A stretch of DNA of 64,000 nucleotides from Hemiscyllium ocellatum. Taxonomy: Eukaryota. The position numbers and the translations under genes were made by a program. Shown here piece after piece: positions 25,314-38,009 of this stretch (the first letter of the stretch is position 1; each line of letters starts with the position of its first letter). The DNA is taken from contig NC_083409.1 in assembly GCF_020745735.1 (NCBI RefSeq), positions 11,134,978-11,198,977 on the forward strand. The letters run 5' to 3'. The notes below the pieces were generated by a model. That model saw nothing but the letters and a program-made list of their open reading frames with translations. It was not told the DNA's origin and did not search any database.

Positions 25314-25841
25314 AGTGTTGGAGACAGTCCACAGAGGAGACACAACTTTAAATAGAACCGGGCTGAGCTGGCAGGACAAAGGTCATTGTCAGCACTGAAT
25401 TTCAACTCTCTTCCTTCTCAGGACTGGCTCAGAGTCACTTCTGAGGTTCAGGAGTTAAGGCAGGTTATTGGGACAGTTTAGAGAGAGTTTCATGCTGTGT
25501 CAAACCTCATGTTGTCCTTGTCCTGGGAGTGTATGTTGGGAACAGTGTTGTGTTGCGATGCCAAGTAAAAACTTCCAAAGATGCTGAAGACTGTCAGCTG
25601 TACAAAAACAATGTGAACCTCAGAAGTCTCTGCTTCAGTAAACCAGATCTCCTTCCTGCTCAGCCGCCAGTTCCAATTTAAGGTTTTGTCACTGTTTATA
25701 GGGACAGGATTCTCATGCTGTTGAGAAAATCTCCACAAGTGTTTTCCTCAAGCTCCATTGTGGCTGTGAATTTGTGCAGCTTCCTCTGTCTGGGCTGTTA
25801 ATTGCTGACTGTTTTCTGTCAATGTCAATCTGGAAAAGGGG

Positions 25842-25853
25842 AATAACGATAAA
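25842..25853 (+). terminator. Altered poly(A) signal of C copy 1 (AATAAC)
   Basis: Aligns with AATAAA in the C2 (45763) and C3 (58773) 3' regions but reads AATAACGATAAA. Confidence 0.6.
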
Positions 25854-26177
25854 GAAGATTCAGTCTCAGTGTACTTTGGATTTTTTTTAAGTAAGAGGAT
25901 ATCTGACACTCCTGTTCTTTTACTTTATAACACCCCCACACCATCGCCTAACTGTCGTACTGCGTATATTTTCCCCAGCACCCATGTTGTGTGTATGCAG
26001 GTGTGGGACGCAGTGAAAGACACAAGGTGTACAAATCTTTATTCAATTTCCACTACCAGAAAGAAAGGAAACACCCAATTGGCCAGTGACAAGCAGTGTC
26101 CTTCTTAGAGGGCAACGCTACATGATCAAACAGTGAAGGGGAGGGCTGTGTACATTGGAAATGGACTGCTGCCCTGA

Positions 26178-26460
26178 GCTGATTGGCTGCATTTCAGCAG
26201 GTCATTGTCACAATTGGCTACATTGCCTGTCAATCAATTCCATGTCTGTTGTAGGTGATACTGACAGCCAATCAGCAATCACTTTTAAATGATCCATTTG
26301 ATCTGGAATCTGTCAAGGTTGCAAACAGTACAGAAACCGAAGGCTGTTGGGACTCAATAATTACAATCTGAGGCATTCCCTCCTCACTCTGTTGGTCCAG
26401 ACACAGCTGGTGGGATCGCACTGTGCACTCTCTGTTGTATGCCTGATAGCACCTGAAATG
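26178..26460 (+). promoter_or_regulatory. Conserved non-coding block 3' of C1 (paralog at 45828-46115)
   Basis: Alignable by eye. Shared ATTGG/CCAAT repeats, a GAAAnnGAA IRF-like motif and CAGCTG. Function is inferred. Confidence 0.45.
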
Positions 26461-26479
26461 ATGTTCAGCCTATCACAGA

Positions 26480-27325
26480 TACTGCAGGCTGTGTGTTTCT
26501 GTAAGTGTGAGTGTATTACTTAATGCTGCTTTTACATGTCTCTCTGAGGTATGAGTATGTGTGTGTGTGTGTGTATTACACAGACAGATACCAACACTAA
26601 GCACTGAGTAACACACCCACATTAAGAGAGACACCTCCAGGCAGCACTGAGTAACATGCTCATGCTCAGAGACACACCTACAGGCAGCATGGAATGTGAG
26701 CATTTTACACAGTCCTGCCAGTCTCTCTGACTGTGTGTGTTACTTAATGCAGCCTGTCAGTGTCTCTCTGAGGTATTTGTCTCTTCACGGTGGATACAGA
26801 ATGGGGCTTTGTGCTGGAGATTAAAGATTAGGCTTTAATTTTCTCATATCATGAATGAAAAACAGTTCAGCTGATTCAGTCTGAGATGGCAGCTCATTGA
26901 GATGGCCAAATTTCCCCAGCTGCCTGAGGAGAGACACTGACTGGCAGAACTGTGTAACCTGCTCACGCTCAGAGAGACACCTACAGGCAGCATGGAGTGT
27001 GAGCATGTTACTCAGTGCTGTCTGGCTCTCTCAGTGTGTGTGTTATTCTGTTCTGATCATCGATATCTCACTGAGTGTGAATGTGTTACTCTGTGATGCC
27101 TGTAGGTGTCTCTCTGAGTGGGTGTGTTATTCTGTACTGCCTGTCAGTATCCCACTGAGTGTGAGTATGCAACTCTGTGATGCCTGTAGGTGTCTCTGAT
27201 GTATTTGTCTCTTAGCAGTGGATAGAGAATGGGCTTTGTGATGGGGATTGAAGATAAGGCTTTAATCTTCTCAAATCTCAGATGAAAAACAATTCAGTCT
27301 GAGATGGCACCTCAGTGAGATGGTC
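26480..27325. repeat. Complex tandem and inverted repeat 3' of C1
   Basis: Direct copies at about 26655-26910 and 26955-27325. The motif GAGAGACACCTACAGGCA occurs in both orientations. Confidence 0.75.
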
Positions 27326-27430
27326 AAAGTTAAAAATCACACAACACCAGGTTAGAGTCCAATAGGTTTATTTGGAAGTACAAGCTTTCAGAGTGCTGGT
27401 CCTTCATCTGGTAGCTAGCAGGGCAGGATC
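27326..27430 (-). mobile_element. Short Penelope-type terminal repeat with degenerate hammerhead core
   Basis: Minus strand ccAgatgaaggaccagcactctgaaagctt...aaataaacctattggactctaacctggtgttgtgtg; same family as 41817-41910. Confidence 0.55.
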
Positions 27431-27761
27431 ATAGTTTACAGAATTTACCGTGAAATTGAGATGGTAGCTGAGAAAGGTGAATACTGAGAGTGTATTCTCA
27501 ATAAGGGAGGGACTTCAGAGTCAGTGCACACTGTGTTCCCTAATGTGTTCCCCGATTACAAGGGGATTTTCTGGAGCCAGGGTCATTGCAGTAATGGCTG
27601 CCTGCCCAGTTAATGCTGGTGAGCCATAGTCATATTTCAATGGTCTATTAGCCCTAAATTAAATGCAGCAATATTACCTTCCAGGAAGTGGAGCTGTCTG
27701 AGGGAGGGAGGTTAAACTCTTGCAGCTCCAAGAGGCCCAAACTCACACATTCCTGAACACA

Positions 27762-27933
27762 ATGGGCAATTTTAGCATGACCAATTTACCTAACCTGCAC
27801 ATGTTCGGAAACCCACACAGACACAGGGAGAATGTGCAAACTGTACAGAAGCAGTCACCTGGGGCTGGAATTGACCCGGGTCCCTAGTGCTGTGAGGCAG
27901 CAGTGCTAACCACTGAGCTACCTTGCCACCCAT
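27762..27933 (-). mobile_element. HE1/V-type SINE, partial
   Basis: Matches the head and core of the intact copy at 33119. Confidence 0.8.
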
Positions 27934-28819
27934 TAAAAAAGCCCAAAAAGTTGAGCTTTTGTTAATCTCCGTGAGCCTGAGGTGATATAAACTATAAACA
28001 CACAACCCTGTGCCAGGGAAGGTAGTGGAGGGTGGAAACCTCACAATCTTTAAATAGAATAACATTCAAGGATCTGGGCCAAGTGCAGGAAGTTGGGATT
28101 AGAGTGCCTTTTGTGGTAGCTTTGTTGGTGCAGACTCAATGAGCCAAAGGGCCTTTTCTGCTCTGTATCCATTTATGCTCCATGCTGAGAGGACAGGGCA
28201 AGTTAATGGTGACTAGGTTAGGCTGTTCCAAGATGGCAAACTCATCATCAAGTGTCAGAGGAAATGGCTCAAGCTTCAGTGAAGGCCCAACTAGGTGCTT
28301 GGAAGGAAGGTCAAGGCTAATGGAGGCAAGGCCAATGGAGACTGAGCGAGGGCACAGGGTGTTGGCTGGCATCTCCAGGAGTTGTAATGAGGCATGTGGG
28401 GACAAGAGGGGAGTGTGTCATGAGGGAGTGCAGTTTCAGATGAAATGTGACCTTCGCAAGCAGCAATGTGACCTTGCTGTCCCTGACTGTGTCAGGCTCA
28501 CTGGCTGCTCTTCGTGTGATTACACACAGCCACTTGTCTGGTCACCACGCAAAGCCTTACTCATGTCTACACTACCATCTACACCACTGTCGACACTTAC
28601 TATCTGCACCCAGCATCCACAGCCACTGCCTGCACTCTCCATTTACACCACCCATATTTCTGCTGTTGTATCCAATAATTCCATTGAGATTACTGCAACA
28701 GAAACCTGAATTTCAGAATTGGCAATGATTATCTTCAAACCCTGACCTTCAAAGTCTGTGTTCCACAATGAGCTGATTAATATTAATTACTGAATCCCAT
28801 TTGATTTCTGTGATGGCAG

Positions 28820-29270
28820 GCCTGACGTATAACGAGAGGTTGAGGTGGTAAGGATTGTTTTCACTGGTATTGAGAAGAATGAAGGAAGGAAATCTTGGAG
28901 AAAGCTATAAAATTGGAACCAGACAAGACAAATGGAGTTTGGATGTTCCCAATGGTGTGAAGTTCAGCACCAGGGCTCATAGTTTAAGGTTGAGGGGTAT
29001 ACCCTTTCGGACAGAGACGATGAAAAATGTCTTCACCCAGAGAGTGGTGAGCCTGTGGAATTCTATGTCACAGAAAGTGTTTGAGGCCAAAACATTATGT
29101 TTTCAAGAAGGAGGTAGAGATAGCTCTTGTGGCTATAGAATCAAGGCATATCGGAGTAGAGCGGAATTACAGTGTAGTGCTCAATGATCAGCCACAATAA
29201 CTTTGAATGGCAGAGCAGGCTGAAGGGGCTGAATGGCCTACTCCTGCTCCTATCCTCTATGTTTCTATGG
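28820..29270 (+). mobile_element. CR1 3' fragment
   Basis: Peptide RAHSLRLRGIPFRTETMKNVFTQRVVSLWNSM plus CR1 tail. Confidence 0.8.
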
Positions 29271-30589
29271 AGCGTAAAATAGATTGCCAGATGGAGGTCA
29301 CTCTGTCAGATGGGTAAGTATCCATTCACAGATTCCACCCACACCACTCCCCTTCCATTTTAATTGGGCCCACTCCCTCTCTTGCTATGTCTTTGTTATT
29401 TGACCAGTGACCACACCTCCCCACCAACACGTCCCACCCACGTCACCCCCCACCTCCCAACCCTGGCGGGAGCTGTGCTTGTCACCCATTGCTTGTTTAA
29501 ATTTACTAATTGGGTGATGTGATGGTGAGGTTTTCAAAGACTGGAAGAGCTGAATTCTTATCGTCCCTTGTGCTGATTTTGTTGTGTGCCTCCATAAAAA
29601 TATGGACGACATAACACTACTGCCTCACAGAGCCAGGGAGCCAGTTTCGAGAGTCATACAGCACAGAAATAGACCCTTCAGCCCACCATGTCAATGCTAA
29701 CCAACAAACACTCAACTACATTAATCCCATTTATCCGCAGTTGTCTGGAGCCTCCTATACACTGGCATCAAAAGTGCTCATCCAAATGTATTTTAAAGGT
29801 TGTGAGATTTTCAGGCTGCACCACCCTCTCAAGCAGCATGTTCCACATAGCTACCACACACTGGGTCAAAAAATACTTTCACCTTAATCTTATGACCCCT
29901 GGTCTTAAACAGGTCTGGGTGAGGAGCGGAGGCTGCAGAACAGTGTGAGAGGTCAGGAGTGGAGAGAGGGAGAACAGTGTGAGGGTGAGGAATGGAGGCT
30001 GGAGCAGGAAGATGCTTGTGTTCTGGAAAGCAGCACAAATAGGGAAGAGATCCAAGAGCTGGTGGGAATAGTCTCCATGCTTCCTAACAGTAGCTTTATG
30101 GTGGGAAAGAGAATAAATCAGGAGATAATGAGGGCCAGGAACAAAGGCTGCTCATTAATTGCAAATGACTTTAAACTTTATGTTGATTGTTTATAGACAG
30201 AATTTTCTTTTTAATTCATTCACAGAATGAGGGCATCACTGTCTCGGACAGCATTTATTACCCACCCCTAATTGCCCCAGAGGGCAGTTAACGGTTATCC
30301 ACATTGCTGTAGGATTGGATTCCCATGTAGGCCAGGTCAGGACGGCAGTTCCTTCCCTAAAGGACATGAGTGAACCAGATGGGTTTTCCCGACAATCGAC
30401 ATGGATTCATGGTCATCATTAGGCTCCTAATTGCAGATTTTTAAAATTGATTTCAAATTCCCCCATCTGCCACGGTGGGATTTGAGACTGTGACCCCGGA
30501 ACCATGTCTGGGTCTCTGTGCATTAATCACAGAAGGTTAGGGTGTAGGTACAACAAGTCATCAGGAAAGCTCATAGAACATTCTGGTGT

Positions 30590-30930
30590 GTTGTGAGGGG
30601 AAACTGAATGCAAGGCTTTATTGCAACATGCAAGATCCTGTGGGGCCTTGACCGGGTGGATGTGGAAAGGATGTTTCCTCTTGTGGGAGAATCCAGAACT
30701 AGGGATCACAGTTTAAAATTAAGGGAGAGTCCATTCAAAACAGAGATGCAGAAACATGTTTTTCCTCTCAGAGTTGTCAGTCTTTGGAATTCCCTTTCTT
30801 AAAAGGCAGTGGATGCAGAATCTTTAGATATTTTTAAGGCAGAGTTAGATAGATTCTTGATGACTGAAAGGATGGAACATTATCTGAGAATGCAGAGTTG
30901 AGGTTAAAATCAGATCAACCATCGAAGGCG
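30590..30930 (+). mobile_element. CR1 3' fragment
   Basis: Peptide GESRTRDHSLKLRESPFKTEMQKHVFPLRVVSLWNSL. Confidence 0.75.
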
Positions 30931-31123
30931 AGCGCTTATATTTTCTACCTGCAGATTAAGCTGCATGTGCAATAGGCCTCATCTGCACAGTGCATTCTCC
31001 AGCCTTTCACAATGATATGTGAAAGATTCTGCCCCCACAAACAATCCATTAACTCTGAGTTGGTTTACTTAAACAATAAAACACGTTACAAGTCATGAAG
31101 CAGACATTACAGCAAGCAATAAT

Positions 31124-31430
31124 GGGCAGCACAGAGCCTCAATGGTTAGCACTACTGCCTCACAGCGCGCGGGACCTGGGTTCGATTCCACCCTCAGGCG
31201 ACTGTATGTGGAGTTTGCACATTCTCCCCGGATCTGTGTGAGTGTCCTCTGGGTGCTCTGGTTTCCACCCACAATCTAAAGATGTGCAGGTCAGGTGAAT
31301 TGGCCATGCTAAATTGTCCATGGTGTTCGGGGATGTGTGGGTAGGTGCAGTTGTCAGGGAAAATGTCGAGTAATGGGGTGGGGGAATGGAATGCTCTTTG
31401 GAGATTCGGTGTGGACTTGTTGGGATTCTG
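31124..31430 (+). mobile_element. HE1/V-type SINE
   Basis: Head gggcagcac...aatggttagcact...gggttcgattcc and conserved core. Confidence 0.85.
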
Positions 31431-31710
31431 TGAATTGATCTCAGTCGGTGCAGCTTGCAGGCTCACAGATGATTAATTGAAAGGTGGAGTACACACACAG
31501 GGGTGGATTTTCTCAAAGGCAATATGTTCACGCACCACACAGCCACTGAACATCAAAAGGAAACTGTTATGTTCTCTCTTGTTGAAGACAGTTATTGACT
31601 GGCAGTTGTGTGGCACAAATGTAACCTTATTCATGTTCCAAGCCCACATCTCTGGCAGTAAACTGCTCTGGAACATCCTCAGGTGATAAAAAGTGCCATA
31701 CATGTGGGTG

Positions 31711-32030
31711 CATGATGGCTCAGTGGTTACCACTGCTGCCTCACCGCACCAGGGACCCACCTCATCCAGGTCTGTGTTGAATCTGCACATTCTCTCTGTG
31801 CCTGTGTGGGCTTCCCTGGGTGCTCTGGTTTCCTCCCACAGTCCAAAGATCTGCAGCCTCAGTAAATTGGCCATGCTAAATTGCCCATAGTGTCGAGGGA
31901 TATGCAGGCTAGGTGGATTAGCTATTGGAAAATACAGGGATAGGATAGGTGGCTGGGTGGAGTGCTCTTCGGAGGGGCAGTATGGACTCGATGGGCTGAA
32001 TGGCCTACTTTCAAATTGTCGGGATTCTGT
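31711..32030 (+). mobile_element. HE1/V-type SINE, diverged
   Basis: Core ggtttcctcccacagtccaaagat...tggccatgctaaattgccc and CR1-like tail. Confidence 0.8.
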
Positions 32031-32579
32031 GATACAAATGCAAATTCCTTCTTTCCATTCTAGCCCTGAAGCATGTATGTGGTTCTGTCTCATATCCACT
32101 CAAGAGATGGCAACCCTTTGAAGACAGGAGCAGCTTCTTTTCTTTTGGAAAGTACTTCTTCCACTCTGTGTCCTTCACAGCCTTGTAGACAGCAACAATG
32201 AGATCGGGAAATAACCTAAAGATAATCTTCTGGGCTCTTCATTAAACTGTGGAACCTGAAAAGTACAATTAATGTCCAAGTCAATGAAGATATTTCTCAG
32301 CAATCCCAAAATGCTGAGGTTTAGTACTCAGCAGGCCCCAGGAGGCAAAATAACCGAGTAGATCATTGCTCTGAATTGCTCATAAATGTCACCTTCACAT
32401 TTCAGGAGGTTTTGATCAGAAAGGTTGCTTACTCCTCTCCAATATACAGCTTAAACTCAGCTCCAACTCCCAACCATCCAGCTGAGAGCAGAGCCCTGTA
32501 CAAACTGGAACCTGGTCAGTGGGAGCACTGTCACCTCTGTCTCAGAAGCTTTGTCTAGTTAAAACAGAGACTTAGCTAG

Positions 32580-33700
32580 ACAATCATTTAGCACAGAAAC
32601 AGATCGTTTGGTTCAACTCATCCATGCCAACCAGATATCCGAAATTAATCTATTCCAATTTGCCAGGATTTGGCCCATATCCCTCTAAACTGTTACTATT
32701 CATAAACCCATCCAGATGCCTTTTAAATGTTGTAATTGTAATAGCCTCTGGCAGCTGATTCCATACACGCACCACCCTCTGCATGAAAACGTTGCCCCTT
32801 AGATCCCCTAAAAGTTTTTCCTCTCTCACCTTAAACATATGGCCTCTAGTTTTGGACTCACATTCTCTGGGGAAAAATACCTTGGCTATTCACCTTATCA
32901 ATGCTCTTCATGATTTTATAAACCTCTATAAGGTCACCCTTCAGTCTCCATTGCTTCAGGGGAAATAGCCCCAGTCTATTCACCCTCTCCCTATAGCTTA
33001 AAACCTCCAACCCCAGCAACATCCTTACAAATCATTTTTCTACCCTTTCAAGTTTAACACCATTGTTCCTATAGCAGGAGGACCAGAACTGAGCCCTGTA
33101 TTCTCAAGGTGTCCTCATGGGCAGCACGGTGGCACAGTGGTTAGCACTGCTGCCTCACAGCGCCAGGGACCTGGGTTCAATTCCCGCCTCAGGCGACTGA
33201 CTGTGTGGAGTTTGCACATTCTCCCCGTGTCTGCGTGGGTTTCCTCCGGGTGCTCCGGTTTCCTCCCACAGTCCAAAGATGTGCGGGTCAGGTGAATTGG
33301 CCATGCTAAATTCCCCGTAGTGTTAGGTAAGGGGTATGGGTGGGTTGCGCTTCGGCGGGTCGGTGTGGACTTGTTGGGCCGAAGGGCCTGTTTCCACACT
33401 GTAAGTCTAATCTAACCAATGGCCACTTTTGGGGCCAGCTAGAACATGACAACCCAATTCCTATACTCACCGCACAGACCAATAAAGACAAGTGTATCAA
33501 TCCCCAACTTCACTCCTGTGTTTACCTATGGCTTCACTTTCAAGAAACTGTGAATCTGCAATTCAAGGTCTCTTTGCTCAGCAACACTCCCCAGGACTTT
33601 GTCCTTATTTGCCTTACCAAAATACAACACCTTACATTTATCTAAATTATCTCCATCCACCACTCCTTATCCAATGGCCGATCTGAACAAGCATTGATCA
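32580..33700 (-). mobile_element. CR1 3' fragment interrupted by a SINE
   Basis: Peptide FKVREEKLLGDLRGNVFMQRVVRVWNQLP; the CR1 sequence resumes after 33415. Confidence 0.75.
33119..33415 (+). mobile_element. Full-length young HE1/V-type tRNA-derived SINE
   Basis: Pol III A box TGGCACAGTGG, B box GGTTCAATTCC, central conserved domain, CR1-like 3' tail ending GTCTAATCTAA. Confidence 0.9.
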
Positions 33701-33719
33701 TATATTATAAACTTGCGCA

Positions 33720-34290
33720 TATAGAAAGCATTGGGGAGGCCACATCTGGAGTATTGTGTCCAATTTTGGTCTGCTTATTTGAGGATGGATGTGGTGACAC
33801 TGGAGGCTGTTCTGAGGATGTTCCCCATACTGATTCCAGGGATTAAAGGGCTGTCCTATGAGGTGCAGTTAAATAGCTTGGGCTTGTATCGTTGGAGTTC
33901 AAAAGAATGAGGAGGGATCTGATTGAGGGAGAGAAAATTTGAAAGGGGATTGAGAAGGTGAACATTGGATAGATGCTCCCCCTTGCAGGACAGTTTTGAA
34001 CAAGAGGTCATCAATATAGAGTGAGAGGCGGTTCAAAACTGAGATGAGAAGAAACTACTTCTCCCAGAGGGTTGTGAATCTGTGAAACTCAATGCCCCAG
34101 AGTGCAGTGGAGGCAGAATCAATCAACAGATTCAAGAACGATGTGTTTCTGATGAAAAGCAAGATAAAGAGCGATGGGGAGCAGGCAGGAGAGAGGAGTT
34201 GAGACCAGGATAAGATCAGCCACGGTCATGTTAAATGGCGGAGCGGGCTCGAAGGGCTGAATTGCCTCCTCCCGCTCCTAATTCCTATGT
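33720..34290 (+). mobile_element. CR1 3' fragment
   Basis: RPHLEYCVQFWS-like codons at about 33738 and a CR1 tail near 34280. Confidence 0.75.
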
Positions 34291-35939
34291 TGAGCACACA
34301 GTCAAGGCTGACTCTGCAAAACTGAAGGAGCTGTTGTCTTTCAGGTGGGATACAAAACAGAGGTCCTGCCACAATCTATCGAACTGTACTATCTTCCCCA
34401 GTGACAAATGCTGGAATTTAAATTCAAATCACAAAGCAATCCTCATTAATGGTGACCACGATAATGATCCCTGATTGCTGTCCAGCCTCAGCCTTACCCA
34501 GTCTGGACTTCATGTGACTCCAGCCCCACAGCAATCTGGTTAACTCTTGGGTGCCTTCTGAGAGACCACAGTAAGGCCAGCAGTTCAAGGGCAATTAGTC
34601 TTGGGGAACAAATGCATATCTATGCCAGTGACACCCACCTCCCAGAAAACAGAATGCAACAGAGATTGGTGTCAGCCAAAATTGTCAGATCAGACTCCCA
34701 ATGAGATGGGGAGATGGTTAACAATGTATTCAGCTCAGTACGGAACAGGTCCCCACTTGTTTATACATCGTCGCTGACAAAATAAGTGGATAAAACAGAA
34801 AACGAAAGGTGAGAACACTCGAATGTGGGAATATCAGTGAGAATTCAGGCAACTGAAGGAAGATATGAAGAACTGCAAAGGAAGACAAAAAGGAAGCAAG
34901 AGTTACAGAAAGTGATGGAGAAAGAGACCTGCAAGGGGTCACAAGAATAACACAAATGTTTTACAGGAAAATTAGAAAATCAAGAGGGCTCCAGTGCAAT
35001 GTGAGCCCTTTAAAAACAAACTGGGAATTCCATGAATGAGACTAAGGGATTGGCTGATATGTACAATAATTCGTTGAGTCAGTCTTCACAGTCAAGGAAC
35101 GGGATAATGCAGCTTCCATTCCAGGGACGTTAGTAATGAATTGAAGACTGGACTTCATGAAACTTGATATGTGCCAGAAAACAGCATTGGAGAGTGAGCA
35201 CCTCTAAATGCTGACTGATCTCCAGGACCTCAGAGGCTTAAAGGAAGGTTGGGGGAGGGGGGGGGGGGGGGGAGGTGAGATGGGGTGGGGTGCGGAAGAA
35301 TTTTCAGAAGCTTTTCCCATCAGGTTCCAAAGCAGCAAACATTCCATTATTTTGGAAAATGTCATGCTGTAACTCCACGGGTTCAAGAAAGATGAGAGAG
35401 GGAACCGAGAAAATTATATCCTGGTCAATCTAACATCTCTTTTGAGGGTTTCATTGGAATCTATAATTAATAACTGAGAGAATGAATACGTAGAGAATTA
35501 CAAATAGCCCACATAGATTTGTGACGGTTAGGTTCTGACAAATGAACCAAATGCATGAACTAAATTAGTTGAATGGGCATATAGTCTTATCAACTTTCAG
35601 AAGTACTTAATAATTTTCCACTAAACAGTCTGCTGACTAAAGTTAAAACCCACGGGATTGAAGATGAATGTTTGGCTTGGTTCGGAGGTTGGTTTAGTGA
35701 TAAATAACAGAGAAAGAAAGTGACGAGTGGTGTTCCACAAGGATTCTGTGGTGAGGCCTTAACTACTTACTGTATGTATGAATGAGAATCATAGTTCCAC
35801 ATTGATACAAAGACTGATGGAATAGTAAGCAGTGCAGATGGTCTTTTTGTTTAAAACTCACTCTGAGGACATGGGTATTGCTGTCTAGGCCAACATTTAT
35901 TACACATTCTGTGTTGCCCTTGTGACTCATGGAATCATC

Positions 35940-36250
35940 ATACAGTGTGGAAGCAGGCCATTCAGCCCATCCAATTCATACCAACCCAACGAACAGCATC
36001 CCATCTGGACTTACCCCATTCCTGTACTGCTGCTTTTCCCACGGCCAACCCACCCAGCCAACACATCCCTCGATACTATGTGCAATTTGGCATGGCTAAT
36101 CCTCCTAACCAACACATCTATGGACTGTATGGAAGAAGCCCACACAGACATGGGGAAAATGTGCAACCTCTACACAGACAGTCGTCCCAGGGTGAAATTG
36201 AACCCAGGTCCCTGGTGCTGTGAGGTAGCAGCACTGACCACTGAGCCACA
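35940..36250 (-). mobile_element. HE1/V-type SINE, diverged
   Basis: Reverse complement of the SINE head and core. Confidence 0.75.
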
Positions 36251-36789
36251 ATTCTGCCTTTTGCAAGGTGGTGGTGAGCTGTCTTCTTGAACCACTGCAG
36301 TCCATGTGCTGTAGATAAACCCTCAATGCTCTTCGGGGGGGAATTTCAGGATTTTATTCCAGCAACACTGGAGGAACAGTAATATATTTTCAAATCAAGA
36401 TTCTATGTGGATTGGAGGGGAACCTGTTTTTGGTAGTGTTTTGTGTCCTTCTACATGGAAACGATGTGGGATTGGAAGGTGCTGTCTCAAGAGACTTGGT
36501 GTGAATTCCCGCAGTGCATCTTGTAGATGGTGCACACGGCTGTTACTGAGCATCAGTGGTGGAGGGAGTGTATGTTTATCCGTGTGGTGCCAATCAAGCA
36601 GGCTGCTTTGTACTGGAAGATATCAAGCTTCTTGATTGTTTTAGGAGCTGCCTCCATCCAGGCAAGTGGGGAGTAACCCATTACAGTCCTATCCAGAACT
36701 TAACTGATCTTTTCTAAATTCATTTACTGGATTGGGCATCACTTGCTATGTCAGCATTCATTGCCCAGAATCAAGTGGGGTGGTACAGC

Positions 36790-37025
36790 ACTGGGACCAA
36801 TGTTTAATTCCACCCTCGGGCAACTGACTGTGTGGAGTTTGCACGTTCTCCCTGTGTCTGCCTGGATTCCCTCCCGGTGATCTGGTTCCCTCCCACAGTC
36901 CACAAACATGATGGTTAGGTGGAATGGCATTGGGAAATACAAGGTTATAGGGGAGTGGGTCTGGGTGAGATGTTCTTTGGAGAAGCAGTTTGGGCTGATT
37001 GGCCTATTTCCACATTGTAGGGATG
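36790..37025 (+). mobile_element. HE1/V-type SINE, diverged
   Basis: Core gactgtgtggagtttgcacgttctccc. Confidence 0.75.
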
Positions 37026-37180
37026 CTATGAATTTCTTCACTCAGAGGGTTTTGAATCTTTGGGATACTCATCAATACTTAGGCGTTTGAATAAATTCAA
37101 GATAGAGATAATACACATGTGTGGAGGCAGTGAGTTCATGGTATCATCACTAGATTCTTAATCACAAGTGCCAAGTAATT

Positions 37181-37493
37181 TAGATTAGATTAGACTTACA
37201 GTGTGGAAACAGGCCCTTCGGCCCAACAAGTCCACACCGACCCGCCGAAGCGAAACCCACCCATACCCCTACATTACCCCTTACCTAACACTACGGGCAA
37301 TTTAGCATGGCCAATTCACCTGACCCGCACATCTTTGGACTGTGGGAGGAAACCGGAGCACCCGGAGGAAACCCACGCAGACACGGGGAGAACGTGCAAA
37401 CTCCACACAGTCAGTCGCCTGAGTCGGGAATTGAACCTGGGTCTTCAGGCGCTGTGAGGCAGCAGTGCTAACCACTGTGCCACCGTGCCGCCC
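37181..37493 (-). mobile_element. Full-length young HE1/V-type SINE
   Basis: Near-identical reverse complement of 33119-33415. Confidence 0.9.
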
Positions 37494-37523
37494 AAATGTT
37501 CTGAGGGATCTGGGATCACCGTG

Positions 37524-37834
37524 GGGCAGAACGGTGGTACAATGGTTAGCACTGCTGCCTCACAGCACCAGAATCCCACGTTCAACTTTAGCCTCGGGTG
37601 ACTGCCTTTTATGGAGTTTGCACATTCTCCCTGTGTCTGCATGGGTTTCCTCCGGATGCTCCGGTCTCCTCCCACAATCCAAAGATGTGCAGGTTAGGTG
37701 AATTGGTCACGCTAAATTGCCCATAGTCAGGGGTGAATATGGGGAATGAGTCTGGGTGGGTTACTCTTCGGAGGGTCGGGGTGGACTTGTTCGATGGAAG
37801 GGCCTGTTTACATACTGGAGGGAATCTAATCTAA
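37524..37834 (+). mobile_element. Full-length HE1/V-type SINE, head-to-head with the previous copy
   Basis: Head gggcagaacggtggtacaatggttagc; tail AATCTAATCTAA. Confidence 0.88.
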
Positions 37835-38009
37835 ATCCTGGCAATGCATGGAGTGGAATTTTAAATTCAAAAAGACTCTGGAGTTAAGAGTCTAATGACG
37901 ACCGTTGTTGGGGGAGAACCCCATCGGGCCCACTAATATCCATCAGATTGCTGTCCTTGCCCATACTGACTGACATATGACTCCAGACCCACAGCAACGT
38001 AGAATCCCT

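Noticed and set aside
33119-33190. tRNA gene
   Set aside because: The A and B boxes belong to the tRNA-derived head of a SINE; there is no full cloverleaf and it continues into SINE core.
35250-35295. G-run as a functional G-quadruplex or switch-like region
   Set aside because: A single homopolymer expansion inside a decayed LINE; not a repeated switch-type array.
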